Source: Paraspadella gotoi
Taxonomy: Eukaryota; Animalia; Chaetognatha
DNA: 64,000 nucleotides
Assembly: GCA_051294375.1 (NCBI GenBank)
Contig: CM119266.1
Coordinates: 11,819,180 to 11,883,179, forward strand
Direction: 5' to 3'
Each line of letters begins with the position of its first letter. The first letter of the stretch is position 1. Of this stretch, positions 59,833-64,000 are shown piece by piece. A program made the translations under genes and the position numbers. Under the pieces are notes generated by a model. The model was not told the origin of the DNA, made no database searches, and saw only the letters and a list, made by a program, of their open reading frames with translations.

Positions 59833-61710
59833 ACTTTATCTAAATAAATAAAAATACTTTTTTTTTATTAAGTACTGGAGAATCAAAAAATAATTATTTT
59901 TTTGTCGAGAAGCTAAAGGTTTCTGATTTCTTCCTTAACATGTTAGTGTACTATTTGTTTTCAAAATCTCTCACTAATCAGTTAAATGTTCTGCCCGTAA
60001 GTAATTAAAAAGCCTTTGGGTGTCTTTTGTTTTCCCCGTAAAACAATCCTCCTACCTCAAAATCAGCTTCATTTTAAAAAACAAATGGTTTCTTGTTCTT
60101 ATCAAAAAGAAGCAGATAAAAAACTTCTATTTAACTAAAAACAGTCCTGTTTCTTAGCCTCAAAATAAACATTAATGTTTTCAAACGGTCAATCTATCTG
60201 TTTAATGCATAACTTAAACATTTAGAGTGAAATTTTAAAAAAAGGAAACTTGGGTTTATATTGTAAAAGTAGACATTCGAAGACATTCGAAGACGGGCAG
60301 ACTTCCTGAAATTTGTTCCCTCATCGGGTTTAAAATTAGCCCAACGCGGTGTCATTATCTTTTCCCAATCTAAGCTTATCAAATTATGCTCCCCTCTTCA
60401 TGAATACGCGTGATAATTTTGCGGAAGCGATGACGTTGCGACGCGAGATTGTCGCGCTCAGTCTCGACCAATCAGAACGACGCGTTTCGTCAGGGCGACC
60501 AATCAAATTTCTAACAACCTTCGTTTCCTTTGCACGTGCAGAGGATAATTACGANNNNNNNNNNNNNNNNNNNNNNNNNNNNNNNNNNNNNNNNNNNNNN
60601 NNNNNNNNNNNNNNNNNNNNNNNNNNNNNNNNNNNNNNNNNNNNNNNNNNNNNNNNNNNNNNNNNNNNNNNNNNNNNNNNNNNNNNNNNNNNNNNNNNNN
60701 NNNNNNNNNNNNNNNNNNNNNNNNNNNNNNNNNNNNNNNNNNNNNNNNNNNNNNNNNNNNNNNNNNNNNNNNNNNNNNNNNNNNNNNNNNNNNNNNNNNN
60801 NNNNNNNNNNNNNNNTTGTTCTCATATCCAACACTACCCTATGCCACTCCACTGAACCCTCCCCGACGCAACTTTCAAAATAAAATTCAACACGTGAATA
60901 TGAATACGGTTTGGAACGAAAAAATGAGAGGAANNNNNNNNNNNNNNNNNNNNNNNNNTCTCTCCTCTCTCCTCTCTTCCTCTCTTCTCTCTTCTCTCTC
61001 CTCTTCTTCTCTCTCTCTCCTTCCTCTCTAAATAAATTAATAAATAAATAAAAAATACGTTTTTATTTTTTTAAAAATTCTTTTAAAGGGTTACTGGGAG
61101 GAATCAAAAAATAATGTATTTTTTGGTGCGAGAAGCTAAAGGTTTCTGATTTTTCCTTAAACATTCTATGAAATATTTTTTTCAAAAGAATCTCTCACTA
61201 ATCAGTTAAACTATTTTCCGCGTAAAGCTATATTAAAGGCCTTGGGTGTCTTTTGTTTTCCACGTAAACAATCCGCCTACTCTCAATAATCAGCCTTCAT
61301 TTTAAAAAACAATGACTTTCTTGTTCTTATGAAAAGAAGCTAGATAGAAACTTCTATTTGAACTAACAACAGTCCTTTTTCTTAGGCCTCAAAATAACAT
61401 TAGTTTTTCAAACGGTCAAATCTATCTGTTAATTTGGCATTAACTTAAATCTAGGGAGAAACAAAGAAAGACCTTGAATATATTAGCAGGCTAGCGCTGG
61501 GTGCCCTCCTACCCATAACAAACCCCCCCTCCCCCCCAACCCAAATCAAACCCCTCCCCGCCCTCCATCCGACCGGCTCAGTCTCATATTCCAACACTTA
61601 CCCATGCACACGTCCCACCGACCCTCCCCGACGCGAACTTTTAAATATAAATCAAACATCTGTGAATATGAAATTATCGGTTTAGCGAGCAACGAAAAAA
61701 CTGAGCAGGA
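59728..61710. other. Probable assembly artefact: duplicated low-accuracy segments around N gaps
   Basis: About 59830-60210 recurs at about 61025-61450, and about 60818-60932 recurs at about 61581-61710. The copies differ mainly by scattered 1-nt indels typical of uncorrected long reads. Confidence 0.7.
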
Positions 61711-64000
61711 ACAAGGTGTTTTTTATAAACCTTATTTCTTACCTTATTTTTTTCTTTTGGTCTTTTTTTTTTCCTCATTCTATCGTCTTCACCCCGTATC
61801 CCGGAAGTTCCCCCCCCTCATGACTTCTTTCTCGCCTTCTACCCCCATTCTCTACCCCTTTCCCCCCTTCTCCCAACCCCCTCGTCACGAATTCACTGGC
61901 CCATGAGGTGTCGGTTGCACCACGCGCAACAATTGGCTCCGACGCAGCGGACGTCTGCCGCGGCAGTAGTCGCCGCGTTCGGCGCGGCGTCGCACCGCGT
62001 CGTCGCACGCGCGCGCTCGGCGAAGCCTCGAGGAAAACGACAGTCTAGAGAAGCCAAAGGAATATCAACAGGCGAACAGCAACGGGGCCCGCGACGATGA
62101 GAGGGACGACGACGGCGAAGACGACGATGACGGCGACGGCGCCCCCGACCAGTTCCATCGTTCTCACTGCGTCTTACAAGCGGGCGTCGGCGGCGTCGCG
62201 TGTTTTCGTCCGCGAGAGACAACAATAAAACAACAATAAAACAAACAAAAAAACAACACGCCTGCTATTTTTTTTATTGTTTTTAATTTTGTCGAGATAT
62301 TCTGCGGGAACATTAGACGAGGTAATTTTTTTTTTTGAAATTTAAAATACTTATTACTTAATTAGCTAAATTTTTAAAAAAAGTACAGGTCGAAATATAA
62401 TTTTTTCATGGGTAACTCCTCTTTAATTTTTTATCATAAAAATTAAAAAAATTAAAAAACAACAAATTTACAAAGAAAGTTTAAAATAAATTGATTCCAA
62501 GCTTAATGCCTCATTAGTCATTACGAGGGCTTTAATTTCAAATTATCAAATTAAATGACTAATCAAGTTAATATTTTGTAAATTTAAGCAACGACTTTTC
62601 TATACTAACAGGAAAAAAAATTGAAACTATAGTTTGTTGCCAATTCGCATCAAATTTGGAGAAATTAAATTAGTTCAACTCATTATTTCAGATGAAACGG
62701 ACCCAATTCAAGATCGTGCAAAAAATTCTAGTTTAAAATTCGTTTAATGTTTATTTTCTGTTTTTCTTGGTTGATTTTTTAGTACGTTAGCTATATTTTG
62801 TTCCAAAGTTCAAAATTTCTAGTCTCTAGAAAAGAAAATTCCTTTTATCTTTAAATATTTTATTCTTGCGATTCTCACTCCACAAGTCTCTAACTGCTCT
62901 AAAAGATAACAAGGAAAAAACCCAAGAGAACACACAGCTTTTTGTCAAAAATGCTTAAAACAAAAACTGTTTTCTTCTTCGTATTATAAACTATTTCGGA
63001 TACAACAACAAATATTTTAAACTAAAAAAAAACAAAACAGTTTTCTCTTCGCGGAATCTCGTTTTAGCTTTGTTTTCTCTTGTTTTGCTTTTACTATGTT
63101 TTTTTCCTCAAAATTGTCGATGTAATTTTATCATGTTTCGGTCCCGACATCCAACGCGACTGAGAAGCGTTAAAACGTCGTCGAAAAATGCAAAAAAAAA
63201 ACAAAAAACAAACTACGCCACGTAAATGTTTTTCAAACCTCGTCACTTTAAGAAATATATAAACGCGTCAACGAAAGCGAAAACCACACCAACCAATCGA
63301 TCAATCGATCAGGATTGGAACGGCAAACTATGCCACTCGAAGCGACGACCACAGTAATATTTCGAGGTGAAAAAAAAAAACGCATCAACGCCGCGTTTCT
63401 TCGCGGCGCCGCATTTAACCGCCCGGCGTCGCATCAACGATTCCGTTCCCGTTTCGGCGTCGATTCTTCATTCTTCTCGGCGTTGTTTTTTTTTNNNNNN
63501 NNNNNNNNNNNNNNNNNNNTTTGTTTGTTGTCCTTCAGTTTTTTCGTTCCCGCCATTTTTTGCCAAAACAATTCTCCCCCCTTTTCTGAAAAAAACAAAA
63601 AAAAAAAAAAAAAAAACAAAAAATGAAAAAAAAACAAAAAAATCGAACGTGTGAAGAAATAAGAATAATATTTTGCGGATTTTATTTTTTTTTTTGCTGG
63701 ACCAAAAACTTCATCTTTCCTTTTTCAGTATTCTGTCGTTGGTCTTTAAATTCTTGGGCAATGAGGTGAGAGTATGTGCGGTGTGATTGCGGTGGGTGCG
63801 GTGTCGGAGGTGGCGTGGCCCTACGGATGTGTTTTGGTTAAATACCTTTACTACTACTACGTATGACTACTTACGTCTAAAAACTATAATTTACTCTAAT
63901 CATCATCAAGGGTTTCTTTGCTCGTGGTATGTTTGTGTGTGTGCCGACTTTGGTGGGGGTTTTGGGTCGGTCTCGGTAGGGGGGTTTATTTCCGTTCGAT

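Noticed and set aside
59728-61710. Real segmental duplication
   Set aside because: The copies flank N gaps and differ by dense 1-nt indels, which is more consistent with uncollapsed raw-read sequence.
61775-62225. GC-rich possible coding exon(s) near the window end
   Set aside because: The sequence is low accuracy and no consistent frame or domain is recognisable, so no call can be supported.

Overview
Draft-quality genomic DNA from an intron-rich invertebrate animal. It has AT-rich introns, GC-rich exons, abundant (GA/CT)n microsatellites, N gaps, and error-prone sequence after about 59 kb. Hand-splicing the ORF fragments at GT/AG sites with phase checks gives 12 gene models: a long 6-exon FoxF (+); an LDLa/EB-module single-pass membrane protein (-); a tryptophan hydroxylase-like gene (+) inside one intron of that membrane-protein gene; an orphan 3-exon gene (-) inside a TPH intron; a mesh/SUSD2-type gene (-) whose introns hold a SAM-methyltransferase (+) and an XK-related membrane protein (+); and a tandem array of four intron-containing AsaB/CmcJ/NvfI-family Fe(II)-dependent oxygenase genes (-), one of which hosts an RRM gene (+). 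The main findings are (1) this microbial-type secondary-metabolism oxygenase array in an animal, a candidate horizontal transfer followed by intron gain, duplication and tail-anchor gain, lying near TPH and a methyltransferase, and (2) five antisense-nested genes, including a triple 'Russian-doll' nest. All models come from sequence inspection only; no database searches were run.
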